Positions 49,399 to 59,527 are shown, numbered from the stretch's first letter. The stretch: DNA of 64,000 bases from Terrimicrobiaceae bacterium (GCA_044342325.1 JBIIPZ010000001.1:32001-96000); one strand, 5' to 3'. Numbers and translations are program-made. Notes: generated from the sequence alone by a model not told the origin.

Positions 49399-50010
49399 AT
49401 GAAAAGTTTTCTCACACTTCGCAAGGGCGGCAATGATGCGGGTGTCGTTGCTTTGGTCGCCGTATGCATTTTGCTCCTCGCGGGATTCCGCGTGCTTCGG
49501 GCAGGACTTCTTCCGGAGTTGCCAAACTTCTCTCCGGTGGCGGCTGTGGCTTTTTGCGGCGGGCTTTTCCTGCCCGGCGTTCTGGCTTGGGTCGTTCCTT
49601 TCGGCATCCTCTTTGTTTCCGACCTGGCTTTAGCCATGCTCCTCGGATACCCGGCATTCAGCTCCGCGCAGTTTGTTTCCTGGGCCTGCATTTTGGCAGT
49701 CGTTGGAATCGGCCGCCTTCTGTCCAAAGCATCCTTCTCAACGCCACGATTTTTTTCCGCGTTGATCGGCAGCGGACTCTTTTTTTACCTCGTGACCAAT
49801 ACCGCCGCGTGGATCGGAAATCCCTCGTATCCCAGAGGCTTGGGCGGGCTTTGGATGTCGCTCACCACAGGATTGCCTGGCTTTCCTCCTTCTTGGATGT
49901 TTTACCGCAACGCGGTAGTCTCGGACCTCATCTTTGGAGCGTTGCTTCTGGCGGTTTGGGCTCTAGCCCGTCGCGCCGTGAGGGAAAATCCTCAGCTCCA
50001 CAGCGCCTGA
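49399..50010 (+). CDS. DUF6580 putative transporter (ECF S-component-like)
   Basis: PNFSPVAAVAFCGG, FYLVTNTAAW, GLPGFP; membrane helices. Confidence 0.75.
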   Translation: MKSFLTLRKGGNDAGVVALVAVCILLLAGFRVLRAGLLPELPNFSPVAAVAFCGGLFLPGVLAWVVPFGILFVSDLALAMLLGYPAFSSAQFVSWACILAVVGIGRLLSKASFSTPRFFSALIGSGLFFYLVTNTAAWIGNPSYPRGLGGLWMSLTTGLPGFPPSWMFYRNAVVSDLIFGALLLAVWALARRAVRENPQLHSA

Positions 50011-50039
50011 TCTCGTGAGTTTTCCTCTCTAAAAAATAA

Positions 50040-50066
50040 AAAACCCGACCCGTTTGCGGGTCGGGG
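50040..50066. terminator. Terminator hairpin between convergent genes
   Basis: cccgacccg-tttg-cgggtcggg preceded by an A run (U tract on the minus strand). Confidence 0.8.
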
Positions 50067-50093
50067 ATTTCATCGTAGAGAAGGAACGCTTTT

Positions 50094-50396
50094 TTATTTA
50101 GCGACCGGGATCGGGTCCGGAGTCAGGGCCTTGGCCAAGGAGGCGAGGCCTTTGTATTTTTTGCCGGTCTTTTTAACCATGCCTCGGGAAACAAGATTTT
50201 GGAGTTTCTCGTAGGCTCGAAGGCGAAGCATCTCTTCGCCGCCGCTGGCTGCGTTGCGAGCCTTCAGACGCTCATGGACCTGATCGAACAACTGCTTGAA
50301 TTCGAAGGAGGTCTTTTTAGTAAGAACTGCCACCAGTTCCTCGGTAACCAAATCAGGTCCGCGTCGGGAGAACGCACTTTTTCGTTGCATAAGCAT
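50094..50396 (-). CDS. Small basic hypothetical protein, winged-helix-like
   Basis: EEMLRLRAYEKLQNLVSRGMVKKTGKKY; own terminator and AT-rich upstream region. Confidence 0.7.
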   Translation of the reverse strand: MLMQRKSAFSRRGPDLVTEELVAVLTKKTSFEFKQLFDQVHERLKARNAASGGEEMLRLRAYEKLQNLVSRGMVKKTGKKYKGLASLAKALTPDPIPVAK

Positions 50397-50687
50397 TAGA
50401 AGAAATCTTTACCATGATCCTGCGGACTTGTCCATCTTTTGTTTCCTTAATAAGGAAAATAAACGTTAATAACGCTGTAACAATTTATAATTGAATTTTC
50501 TAAAAAAATAATTTATTCGCATTGGCAGTTGGCTAAATTCTTCTATGGGACGGAAAACTCCCAGCATTGAAACCGAACGGTCTGGCTATTGCCTCGATCG
50601 GAAAATAAACCATCCGCTGCCACCCTGTGTTTTTTTGAAATTCGGATTTACAAGGCTGCGGCGGCGATGCATCTTCACCATCCCGTT

Positions 50688-50772
50688 GCTCACGTGGCGG
50701 AACTGGCAGACGCATACGACTCAGGATCGTATGGGGTAACCCGTGGAGGTTCGAGTCCTCTCGTGAGCACCA
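50688..50772 (+). tRNA. tRNA-Leu (anticodon CAG)
   Basis: Acceptor gctcacg/cgtgagc, D arm tggcggaactggcagacgc, anticodon arm tacga-ctCAGga-tcgta, long variable arm, ggttcgagtcc, encoded CCA. Confidence 0.96.
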
Positions 50773-50796
50773 TCCTTTTCCGGATATCGAAATAAA

Positions 50797-51495
50797 GTGG
50801 AATCTCAACTTGCCCAAAAAAATCCGGAGTTCGTGCGAAGCACCTTCGCTTCGATTGCCGGGCGATACGATCTGGCGAATCACTTGCTCAGCGGCGGGAT
50901 GGATTTTATCTGGAGAGCCAAGCTAGCTCGGCTTGTGGCTGCGTGTCATCCGTCGGAGGTTTTGGATTTGGCCACCGGCAGTGGAGACTTGGCTTTGGCT
51001 ATTAAGAAAGCCTGCCCGAAAGTCCGAATCACTGCTGCGGATTTTTGCTTGCCGATGTTGGAACAGGCGCGGCTCAAGGGGGTCGAGAGGTTGGTCCAAG
51101 CGGATGGCTTGGCGTTGCCCTTTTCCGATGGGTCTTTTGATGTGCTGACGGTCGCCTTTGGTCTTCGCAACATGGCGGATTGGAAGGCGGCGATCCTGGA
51201 GATGAACCGCGTTCTTCGGCCAGGTGGAGTTGTGTTTATTTTGGATTTTTCGCTGCCTGAGTGGGAGCCTCTGTTGTCCTTTTATCGCCTCTATCTCCAC
51301 CATGTGTTGCCACGATTGGCGCATTGGGCCACGCAGCGCAAGGAGGCGTATGAGTATCTCGGCGGCTCGATCGAGACATTTCCGAGCGGTCGGAAAATGA
51401 ATGCACTTCTCGAGGAGTGCGGCTTTTTCTGCGAGGCACCGCGACCTCTCACGCTCGGCGTCGTGTCGATTTATCAGGCGAGGAAAAGAGGGTAG
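50797..51495 (+). CDS. ubiE: UbiE/MenG quinone C-methyltransferase
   Basis: [35 protein letters not shown]. Confidence 0.9.
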   Translation: MESQLAQKNPEFVRSTFASIAGRYDLANHLLSGGMDFIWRAKLARLVAACHPSEVLDLATGSGDLALAIKKACPKVRITAADFCLPMLEQARLKGVERLVQADGLALPFSDGSFDVLTVAFGLRNMADWKAAILEMNRVLRPGGVVFILDFSLPEWEPLLSFYRLYLHHVLPRLAHWATQRKEAYEYLGGSIETFPSGRKMNALLEECGFFCEAPRPLTLGVVSIYQARKRG

Positions 51496-51514
51496 GTTTT
51501 TTGCGGCGCCTTTT

Positions 51515-51784
51515 GTGAATGAAAAATGGGCCATGCCGGAGGATGGGCCATGGTCACGAGGCGCGCTGTCGCGCGGTTTTTTTGTGGGAGGGTCAGCGTC
51601 TCGCCTGACCCAAAATTTCGGGTGCGGCGGGCTTTCGTTTTGCAGAGTGGTGAGAGGATGGCGGGGCGTGTTGGACTGGGGAGTGGTTCGGGAGTTTTTT
51701 TGAGTTTCGACGGGTTATGTGAATTGAAAATGGGCCATGCCGGAGGACGGCCCTCCCATTGGCACGAATCGCGCTGCCGCGCGG
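51515..51784. repeat. REP/BIME-like cluster 1 (A-B-spacer-A)
   Basis: A at 51515-51576 and 51719-51784 (gtgaat.gaaaatgggccatgccggagga...cacga..cgcgctg.cgcgcgg); B at 51586-51611 (gggagggtcagcgtctcgcctgaccc). Confidence 0.85.
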
Positions 51785-51797
51785 TGGTGTGTTGTTT

Positions 51798-52877
51798 TTA
51801 GTCGCCGAAGGAGATTTCGACGGCGCGGGCGTGTTCCACCAATTGGTCGCTGGGATCGACACGGCGCATTTTGTGGACGGCATCGGAGATTGGGACGGCG
51901 CAGGTGGAGTGGTTTTTGTAGCTCACCATGGAGCCGAATTTTCCTTCTTCGAGGAGCTGAACGGCTTTGATGCCGAAGCGGGTGCCGAGGATACGGTCGA
52001 GCATGGTGGGGGCGCCTCCGCGTTGGAGGTGGCCAAGGACGCAGGTGCGAACCTCTTTTCCGGTGCGGTTGCCGATTTCGCGCCCGACGATTTCGGCAAT
52101 GCCACCAAGGCGGTTTTCGCCGTTGGCGGATTGGAGTCGAGAGACCTTGCCGTCTTTTGGTTTTGCTCCCTCGGCGACGACGACCATGGTGCATTTGGCG
52201 CCTTCCTTTTCACGGCGCAGGACCTCTGCTGCCACTTTGGAAAACTCAAACGGAATTTCTGGAATGAGAATAATGTCAGCGCCTCCTGCCAAACCGCCGT
52301 GGAGGGCGATCCAGCCGGCGTGGCGGCCCATGACTTCGATCACCATCACGCGCTTGTGGCTGGTGGCCGTGGTGTGCAGGCGGTCGAGGGAACTGGCGAC
52401 GCATTCCACAGCAGAGTCGAAGCCGAATGTCATGTCGGTGGCCTCAAGATCATTGTCGATGGTTTTTGGAACTCCGATGACTGGCAGTCCCGCATGGTGC
52501 ATCTGGAGTGCGGTATTCAGGGATCCGTCGCCGCCGACCACGATGAGGCCATGGAGATTCAGGGATTGGAATGTCTGTCGTGTTTTGCCAAGCACCTCGG
52601 CCGGGATGAAGGAGCCTTGGCGGCCATTGCCGCGCGAGATGAACTGGCCTTTATTGACGGTGCCGAGGAGGGTGCCGCCAAGGTGCATGATGCCTGCTGT
52701 GGCGCGGCGGTTCAGAACGACATGTGTCGCTGGCGCGAGGAGACCCTCAAAGCCATCCTGAAATCCGATCAACTCCCAGCCGAGTTTCTCGGAGGCACGG
52801 CTGGCGGAGCGCAGCACGGCGTTGAGGCCGGGGCAGTCGCCGCCGCTGGTGAGAATCCCAATGCGTTTACGCTCCAT
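51798..52877 (-). CDS. pfkA: 6-phosphofructokinase
   Basis: LTSGGDCPGLN, GGDGS, PKTIDND, EVMGR, LGHLQRGG. Confidence 0.95.
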   Translation of the reverse strand: MERKRIGILTSGGDCPGLNAVLRSASRASEKLGWELIGFQDGFEGLLAPATHVVLNRRATAGIMHLGGTLLGTVNKGQFISRGNGRQGSFIPAEVLGKTRQTFQSLNLHGLIVVGGDGSLNTALQMHHAGLPVIGVPKTIDNDLEATDMTFGFDSAVECVASSLDRLHTTATSHKRVMVIEVMGRHAGWIALHGGLAGGADIILIPEIPFEFSKVAAEVLRREKEGAKCTMVVVAEGAKPKDGKVSRLQSANGENRLGGIAEIVGREIGNRTGKEVRTCVLGHLQRGGAPTMLDRILGTRFGIKAVQLLEEGKFGSMVSYKNHSTCAVPISDAVHKMRRVDPSDQLVEHARAVEISFGD

Positions 52878-52886
52878 GGAAGCGCC

Positions 52887-53804
52887 TCAGAGGCTTGTTG
52901 ATTTCTTCGTCGGGCGGCCTTCGGCGGCCCAGGCGTCGTAGAGGCTCCAGCCGTGTCTCAGGAGGGTCTGCCCTTCGCCAAAGCGATTCGGGGAATTCAG
53001 GACCACGACATTGATTCGGCGTGGGGTGATGAACACTGTCTCGCCTTCGCGCTGGGATTCCGGCGAGCGGGTGGATGAGAGGATGAGGCAATCCCCGGCG
53101 CGGCGGGTGCGGCCGGTTTTCACGCCGTCGATGCCATCTTTGCCGAGGAGTTCGTTGGTGTTGTTGATTTCGATGGGCGTGTCGATGCCGCCCCGGAAGA
53201 TATGAATCTGGCGGGATTTTTGGGACACATAGAAAGTAAAGCCGGCGTTGTTGTAGGCGTAGAGGACGAGACGAGCGAGATCCTCCGCTGTCGAGTGGGG
53301 AGTGGCGATGTCGGTGCGGTGATCCATTCCCGAGGGGTTCAGGAAAAGAGTTCGCTTCATGAACAGCGTTCGGGCGAGGGCGTTCATGTGGGCGACGAAA
53401 TTTTCCACGGGAGGGAGTTCCTGGGGATTTGCGACTTGGGCGCCAATATGGTTCGCGAGGGTGTGGGCGGCGATGTTATCTGAGGCAAGAAGCGCGCAGT
53501 AGATGAGGTCGCGCAGGCTCACCGAGTCGCCGGGTTGGAGGCCAACGGTGCTCACGGCTCCCTCTGCGTTGGCGTTAGCTGGGACCTCGGCGAGTGCAGC
53601 AAGGTCGGCTTTGTTGAGGTCTGCCCAATCGAGCGCAACGAGCGCCGTGGCGATCTTGGTCAAGCTGGCAATCTGGACCTTGGCGTTCTTGTTTTTGGAA
53701 TCCAGAATAGTCCCAGTCTGGTTATCGACGATGATGTAGCTCTCAGCGGCCTGTGAGGACCAAAGGAACGCGCTGAGAAGAGTGGTGATGATGAGTTTTT
53801 TCAT
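52887..53804 (-). CDS. D-alanyl-D-alanine carboxypeptidase (S11)
   Basis: IASLTK (SxxK), SDN, KTG. Confidence 0.9.
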   Translation of the reverse strand: MKKLIITTLLSAFLWSSQAAESYIIVDNQTGTILDSKNKNAKVQIASLTKIATALVALDWADLNKADLAALAEVPANANAEGAVSTVGLQPGDSVSLRDLIYCALLASDNIAAHTLANHIGAQVANPQELPPVENFVAHMNALARTLFMKRTLFLNPSGMDHRTDIATPHSTAEDLARLVLYAYNNAGFTFYVSQKSRQIHIFRGGIDTPIEINNTNELLGKDGIDGVKTGRTRRAGDCLILSSTRSPESQREGETVFITPRRINVVVLNSPNRFGEGQTLLRHGWSLYDAWAAEGRPTKKSTSL

Positions 53805-53921
53805 TGCGCCTGCGGCGAGGAAAGTATGGTTAGGCGCGACGATAGCGGCAGGGGGTGCCGTTTCAAATCCTTTTCAAAAAAGAAGGATTTCCCCGGCGGG
53901 CGGACATGGTATTCACGCTTG

Positions 53922-54890
53922 ATGCGTATTCTTTCCGGCATCCAACCTTCGGGAACCCTTCACCTGGGAAATTACTTCGGCATGATGAAGCCCGCGATCG
54001 AACTTCAGGAGCAGGGTGAGGCCTACTATTTCATAGCGGATTTTCACGCCCTTACGAGTGTGCACGACGCCGCCGCGCTACGGGCCAATGTGCGGGAGTT
54101 GGCGGTGGACTTTCTCGCCTGCGGGCTCGATCCGGCGCGGGCTGTTTTCTTTCGTCAATCGGATGTGCCCGCCGTCACCGAGTTGTCATGGATTCTCAGC
54201 ACCGTGACTCCCATGGGGCTGTTGGAGCGGTGTCACTCGTTCAAGGACAAGACTGCAAGGGGTCTGGCAGCATCGCATGGCTTGTTTGCTTATCCGGTGC
54301 TGATGGCGGCCGATATTTTGATTTGTGACAGCGATCTTGTGCCAGTCGGTCGGGATCAGAAACAGCATCTTGAGGTGACTCGCGACATTGCGGTGAAGAT
54401 GAACGAAACTTTCGGGGAGATTTTTAAACTCCCGCTGCCGAGTATTCGGGATGAGACGGCTGTCGTGCCCGGACTGGACGGGGCGAAGATGAGCAAAAGC
54501 TACAACAACACCATTGAGATTTTTGCTCCTGAGGCTGCGCTGCGGAAAAAGATCATGGGCATCAAAACCGATTGCACGCCTGTCGAGTCGCCCAAGCCTG
54601 TCGAGGGTTCGGTGATTCTGGATCTCTACAAGCTCGTCGCGTCGCCGGGAGATTTTCAGTCCATGCTTGCTGCGTTCCACAACGGTGGCACGGGCTACGG
54701 GGATTTGAAGAAGCAGCTCTTCGCTGGAATCTGGGAATACTTCGCGCCTTTCCGTGTGCGCCGTGAGGAGATTCTCGCCGATGCCGGTCTGGTTGACCGA
54801 GTCCTCGCGAACGGTGCTGCAAAGGCCCGTGAGGTGTCGGATCGCGTTATGAAGCGTGTGCGGGCAGCGGTGGGGATTGGGGAGTGCTGA
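53922..54890 (+). CDS. trpS: Tryptophan-tRNA ligase
   Basis: SGIQPSGTLHLGN, YPVLMAADIL, GRDQKQH, KMSKS. Confidence 0.97.
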   Translation: MRILSGIQPSGTLHLGNYFGMMKPAIELQEQGEAYYFIADFHALTSVHDAAALRANVRELAVDFLACGLDPARAVFFRQSDVPAVTELSWILSTVTPMGLLERCHSFKDKTARGLAASHGLFAYPVLMAADILICDSDLVPVGRDQKQHLEVTRDIAVKMNETFGEIFKLPLPSIRDETAVVPGLDGAKMSKSYNNTIEIFAPEAALRKKIMGIKTDCTPVESPKPVEGSVILDLYKLVASPGDFQSMLAAFHNGGTGYGDLKKQLFAGIWEYFAPFRVRREEILADAGLVDRVLANGAAKAREVSDRVMKRVRAAVGIGEC

Positions 54891-54929
54891 GGGGGAAGGG
54901 CGGTGGCGGAAAGTGGTCTGTGGCTTTTG

Positions 54930-55196
54930 GTGAATTGAAAATGGGCCATGCCGGAGGAGGGCCCTCCCATGGGCACGAGGCGCGCTGCCGCGCGGATTTT
55001 TTTGTGGGAGGGTCAGCGTCTCGCCTGACCCAAATTTGAATACGGTGGGCGGTTTTTAGAGACGGAATGGAGGCGTGCAAGGAATGGTGAGGGCAGTGCT
55101 AGGCAAAAGGGGGGGGCTGGTTTGTGTTTCGGCGCGTTTTGTGAATGGAAAATGGGCCATGCCGGAGGAGGGCCCTCCCATGCGCACGAGGCGCGC
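54930..55196. repeat. REP/BIME-like cluster 2 (A-B-spacer-A)
   Basis: A at 54930-54995 and 55141-55196; B at 55006-55031, identical to B of cluster 1. Confidence 0.85.
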
Positions 55197-55203
55197 GAGC
55201 AGC

Positions 55204-55240
55204 AAAAAGCGGATGCCTCCTTTGGGTGGCATCCGCTTTG
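55204..55240. terminator. Terminator hairpin between trpS and greA
   Basis: aaagcggatgcc-tcctttgggt-ggcatccgcttt. Confidence 0.8.
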
Positions 55241-55256
55241 TGAGTTGTGACCGGTT

Positions 55257-57143
55257 TTAGTTGGAGGTGGCCATTCCGGCGGGGATGGCGTGGACTTTTG
55301 AGCGCAGGAGTTCGAGATCGGTGAAGGTTTTGATCGACTCGATGGTCACCTTGCGAGTGCCGTTTTCGGCGGGCAGTTCCAAGGTGGTGCCTGCGGCTGC
55401 GCCGAGGAGGGCTTGGCCGACGCCGGCTTTGTAGGAGACGATGCCGAGGTCGGGTGCGCTATCCCACGCTCCGAGGATACTGAATGTTTCCTTGGAGCCG
55501 TCTTCATTTTTGACGGCGACGACGGTTCCGATGGAAACCGTGGCTGTTGACGGAGTCTCGAAGTTTGTTCCGCGGGCGATAACCAAGTCGTGTTCCATCT
55601 CGGCGCGGCGGCGTTGGAGGACGCGCTGGTGCTCCTTGGCGGCCTTGAATCCCGCGTTTTCGCGCAGATCGCCTTGTTCCTTTGCGATGTTGATGTCGCG
55701 GAGGTTTTGCGGGATTTCTTTGGTGATGAGGTTGTCGAGTTCGGCTTTGCGTTTTTCGAGGCTGGCCCAGGACACGATGAGGTTATCGGCTTTCTCTTCA
55801 TCTTGATGTGCGCCGGTGATCATGCTCTGGGTATCCGGGTAGAGCTTGACGATGCGGGCCATGAGCGAGCGCTTGGAGAGGTCTTCAATCGCCGGAGTGA
55901 GCAGGAGTTTCCGCATGGAGTCGCGAACGACATCGCGGCTGGCTCCGATGAGAAGGTCGCCGATGAGGTCTCCGTCGTCGATGAGGAGGTCCTTGAGTCG
56001 CGAGGTGCGTTTTTCAGCGAGCAGATCTGCCTCGAGTGCGCTGAAAACGGCCGCGAGTAGCTCTGCGTTGAAGAGGGCTGGGAAGCGTTTGTCGCGCTCT
56101 TTGCAGAGCCAGATGAGCATCTCGGAGGAAATCGAGCGCTCACTGATCCATTTCTCGACGGTGGCTTGGAACTGCTCCTTGCGTTTGTGTTTTTCAAACA
56201 GGCGGCAGATGTCTGAAATCAAGCGGGCGCCAGCGGTGGGGAGGAGGGCGATTGCTTTGTCGCCCCAGACTTCGCCATATGCGGGTTCGAGGGCTTCGAG
56301 CACGCGCTTTTCCTTCGAACCTGGGATGGACTCCAGAATTTGACCGAGTTTTCCAGGTTCGGAGGCGATGATATTGGCGATGGTGGGAGATTCGGCTCCG
56401 GCTTGGAGATTGGGGAATTTCTCAAGCAGGTCATCGCGGGCGATGAGAATCTCAATGGCTGAGGCTGGATTCAGACGGCGGGCGCGCAGGGCGGCTTCTT
56501 CGATGAGTGTGACGATGGCTGGGAGTTCATCTTGGCTGCCTGCGAGGTCGTCGAGGGATTTCGAAATCTCTTCAAGAGCGAGAACTTGATCGCGCGTATG
56601 GCGTGCGGAGCGGAATCCATCGAGGAGACGCGATCCCGAATTCACCGGGGTGTCCAGCAGCACATAGGGGTCGGTTTTTTTCGCTGGCATGCCAAATTGT
56701 CCGTCGGACTTCATTTTCTTCCGGGCGGCATCCCACCAGCGTTTCAAGGCGGCGGCGTCGAAAACGCCTGGGCTGAGCGCAGACGCGATCTGGTCGCTTG
56801 TGGCTTTGCCACCGAAGTCTGTGAGGATTTTTTTGATCAGCGCGGAGGAGTCGGATTTTGCGAGTTCGCGAATGCTGTCCGGATTGGTCTCACGCTGGGC
56901 GAGGATGTGGTCCTCGGCGATAGGTGTGAGGGTCTCAGCCGCATAGACGGCCTGCATGGGGTGGTTTTTCTTGGTCTTGAAATCAATCAGGACCTGGCCG
57001 GCGAGAAGGTTCCATTCCGCGACACGTCCGAAGCCCCAGCTCTTGTGGGTGCAGTAGGATCCGGGCGTGAGGCGGGCGAGCCTGTCGGCAGTTTTTTTAT
57101 CGAGGGCGCCGCTCTCAACGGCTTGGGCGAGTTCATCTGTCAT
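55257..57143 (-). CDS. greA: Long GreA/GreB-family elongation factor with large N-terminal extension
   Basis: C-terminal AKEQGDLRENAGFKAAKEHQ and ILGAWDS...VSYK; N-terminal THKSWGFGRV. Confidence 0.85.
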   Translation of the reverse strand: MTDELAQAVESGALDKKTADRLARLTPGSYCTHKSWGFGRVAEWNLLAGQVLIDFKTKKNHPMQAVYAAETLTPIAEDHILAQRETNPDSIRELAKSDSSALIKKILTDFGGKATSDQIASALSPGVFDAAALKRWWDAARKKMKSDGQFGMPAKKTDPYVLLDTPVNSGSRLLDGFRSARHTRDQVLALEEISKSLDDLAGSQDELPAIVTLIEEAALRARRLNPASAIEILIARDDLLEKFPNLQAGAESPTIANIIASEPGKLGQILESIPGSKEKRVLEALEPAYGEVWGDKAIALLPTAGARLISDICRLFEKHKRKEQFQATVEKWISERSISSEMLIWLCKERDKRFPALFNAELLAAVFSALEADLLAEKRTSRLKDLLIDDGDLIGDLLIGASRDVVRDSMRKLLLTPAIEDLSKRSLMARIVKLYPDTQSMITGAHQDEEKADNLIVSWASLEKRKAELDNLITKEIPQNLRDINIAKEQGDLRENAGFKAAKEHQRVLQRRRAEMEHDLVIARGTNFETPSTATVSIGTVVAVKNEDGSKETFSILGAWDSAPDLGIVSYKAGVGQALLGAAAGTTLELPAENGTRKVTIESIKTFTDLELLRSKVHAIPAGMATSN

Positions 57144-57259
57144 CCCCTCTGTTGTCACAGAAAACCCCCTATTGATGCAAGGGGAAGAAAATCGGGGCTT
57201 CCTGTGGACGGTGAAGTTTTCCCTTGCGGGTTCGGGCCGTCGCGGCAATGTCTGCGGCC

Positions 57260-57874
57260 ATGAGCAAAACTGAGGAACAGGTATTGGTGGTGAAACGGGA
57301 ATTCTTTGACGGCCTGGGAAGCTTTCAGGGCCTATGCCGGAGGGTGGATGACTACCTGCCTGCCTTCATGAAAAAGGAGAACAACTTCTTCGTGCCTCGC
57401 GGCGCGGCGGAGGAGGATCCCTCGCTCAAGCAGATCATACCCTACGCCGTTTTCCGCCATGGCGGGCGCATTCTGCATTACACACGCGGTGCGAAATCCG
57501 GCGAGAAGCGCCTCGTGGCGAAGTCCTCGATCGGCATCGGCGGCCATGTGAATGACACGGATGAGTGTCAGCATTTCGATCAAGCGACTTATCACAATGC
57601 CGTGAAGCGCGAGATCAGCGAGGAGTTGCGGCTCGGCGGCGGTTTCACCGAGCGGGCAGTTGCTTTGATCAACGACGATTCCAGCGAGGTTGGGCGGGTG
57701 CATTTGGGTATCGTGCACATCGTCGATTTGGAAAATGACAGTGTGAGCGCCGGCGAGAAGGCGATTGCCGAGTTGGGTTTTGCCACGCGCGCTGAGTTGC
57801 TGGCGCGGCGGGATTCCTTTGAAACCTGGTCGCAGATCGTGCTCGACGGGTTGGACGAACTCGACACCTTTTAG
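57260..57874 (+). CDS. NUDIX-like phosphoesterase
   Basis: EEDPSLKQIIPY, SIGIGGHVN, REISEE, VGRVHLG. Confidence 0.8.
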   Translation: MSKTEEQVLVVKREFFDGLGSFQGLCRRVDDYLPAFMKKENNFFVPRGAAEEDPSLKQIIPYAVFRHGGRILHYTRGAKSGEKRLVAKSSIGIGGHVNDTDECQHFDQATYHNAVKREISEELRLGGGFTERAVALINDDSSEVGRVHLGIVHIVDLENDSVSAGEKAIAELGFATRAELLARRDSFETWSQIVLDGLDELDTF

Positions 57875-57919
57875 CCTGCGCCCTTGCATGGCGTGGCGGG
57901 GTTTCGCATGATTTCCAGC

Positions 57920-58891
57920 ATGGATTATTTGAAGCTGGCGCGCCGTGTTTTTGAGATCGAGCTTTCCGAGATCGAGGCCACGGCCGCGCGCTTGGATGGT
58001 CAGTTTGTGGCGGCCGTCGATCTCATCAAGGCAGCCGTGGAGCGGCGCAACAAAGTCGTTGTCCTTGGCGTCGGAAAATCCGGGCACATTGGCGAAAAAA
58101 TAGCCGCCACGCTCACCAGCACTGGCAGCACGGCGGTCGTTCTGAATTCACTGAACGCCCTGCATGGCGACCTCGGCATCGTTGCCGACGGGGATGTTGT
58201 GCTGGCCCTGAGCTACAGCGGGGAGACGCAGGAGTTGCTGGCTGTGCTACCTGCCATCGTCCGCTTCGGCTTGCCGATTATCGCAATCACCGGTGATAAA
58301 AATTCCTCCCTCGCTAAGGCTGCGCAGGTCGTGCTGGATGTTTCTGTGACGCAGGAGGCGTGTCCGTTGAACCTCGCGCCGACATCGAGCACGACGGCGA
58401 TGCTGGTTCTCGGTGATTCGCTGGCGATGGTGCTCCTCGAGAGCCGGGGATTTCAAAAAGAGGATTTTGCAAGGTTCCACCCCGGAGGCAGCCTCGGGCG
58501 CTCGTTGCTGCTGCGGGTGAACCAAATCATGCGGCCGGTTGCGGAGATGGCGGTCATCTCGCCGGAGACACCAATTCTGGAGGCCATCCAGGCTATGACA
58601 TCCAAGCGGGCCGGTGCTGCTGTGGTCATTCATCAGGATAGCACGCTTGCCGGCATCTTCACCCACGGCGACTTCGCGAGGCACTTTCCCGAGAACCCGG
58701 GTATCGCCAATGCGCCGGTGGGGGATTTTATGAGTTTGCGGCCGGTGACTGTGGATGGCAACAAGCTCGCCGCCGAGGCGCTTCAAATTCTGGAGCGTCA
58801 CCGTATCGATGATCTCGTGGTGGTCGATGAAGGGCGGCACCCGATCGGCGTTGTCGACTCGCAGGACCTCACTCGCCTGAAGATCCTTTGA
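57920..58891 (+). CDS. kdsD: Arabinose-5-phosphate isomerase (KpsF/GutQ, SIS plus CBS)
   Basis: GVGKSGHIG, HGDLG, EACPLNLAPTSSTT, FARFHPGGSLG. Confidence 0.93.
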   Translation: MDYLKLARRVFEIELSEIEATAARLDGQFVAAVDLIKAAVERRNKVVVLGVGKSGHIGEKIAATLTSTGSTAVVLNSLNALHGDLGIVADGDVVLALSYSGETQELLAVLPAIVRFGLPIIAITGDKNSSLAKAAQVVLDVSVTQEACPLNLAPTSSTTAMLVLGDSLAMVLLESRGFQKEDFARFHPGGSLGRSLLLRVNQIMRPVAEMAVISPETPILEAIQAMTSKRAGAAVVIHQDSTLAGIFTHGDFARHFPENPGIANAPVGDFMSLRPVTVDGNKLAAEALQILERHRIDDLVVVDEGRHPIGVVDSQDLTRLKIL

Positions 58892-59457
58892 TTCTCGCCT
58901 TCCACAAACCCTACGGCGTGCTCTCGCAGTTCACGCCGGATGGCAGCGCGAACCGTCCGCTGGCGGAGTTTGGATTTCCGAAGGGGGTTTATCCTGTCGG
59001 GCGTCTGGATGCGGACTCTGAGGGATTGCTTTTGCTCTCTGACGAGGCGCGTTGGAATGAGCGTCTGCTCTCGCCCTCCAATCATGTGGAAAAAACCTAC
59101 CATGTCCTTGTCGAGCGATTGCCTGACGAGTCGGCGCTGCGGCAGCTTCGCGATGGCGTCGTGCTTGACGGGAAGCCCACGCTGTCTGCAGGTGCCGGAT
59201 TTTTGGATCCCCAGCCGGAATTTCCGCCGCGCGATCCTCCGGTTCGTTTTCGAAAAAATGTGCAGGATTTCTGGATCGAGTTGCGCCTGCGCGAGGGGCG
59301 GAACAGGCAGGTGCGGCGCATGACGGCTGCGGTCGGGCATCCGACGCTGCGGTTGGTGCGCATGGCGATTGGGGGAGTTCGGCTCGGGAGTTTGGTTTGT
59401 GGAAGTTGGCGGGAATTGACGGTCGGGGAGATCGGGATGCTGACGGGCGGATCGTGA
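58888..59457 (+). CDS. Pseudouridine synthase (RluE/RsuA family)
   Basis: FHKPYGVLSQF, GRLDADSEGLLLL, EGRNRQVRRMTA. Confidence 0.9.
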   Translation: MILAFHKPYGVLSQFTPDGSANRPLAEFGFPKGVYPVGRLDADSEGLLLLSDEARWNERLLSPSNHVEKTYHVLVERLPDESALRQLRDGVVLDGKPTLSAGAGFLDPQPEFPPRDPPVRFRKNVQDFWIELRLREGRNRQVRRMTAAVGHPTLRLVRMAIGGVRLGSLVCGSWRELTVGEIGMLTGGS

Positions 59458-59478
59458 GAGACGCCGCTTCGCGGCTGA

Positions 59479-59527
59479 GAAATGGGGCATGCGAGACGAT
59501 GCCCCTCCCAGATTTACGAATCGCGCC
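59479..59527. repeat. Variant REP-like element between convergent genes
   Basis: Minus strand gggaggggcatcgtctcgcatgcccc; flanks gaaatggg and acgaatcgcgc as in element A. Confidence 0.7.

Noticed and set aside
50400..50545. AT-rich stretch as replication origin
   Set aside because: No clustered DnaA boxes and no dnaA/dnaN context
50688..50772. tRNA-Leu as an island integration site
   Set aside because: No integrase nearby and no duplicated tRNA 3' end seen in the window
51515..55196. Repeats containing gtgaattgaaa as a CRISPR array
   Set aside because: Only two copies per locus about 205-210 bp apart, imperfect, internally palindromic and without cas genes; fits REP/BIME better
55257..57143. 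Long GreA as a novel fusion
   Set aside because: Extended GreA proteins are already known from Chlamydiae, spirochaetes and related lineages
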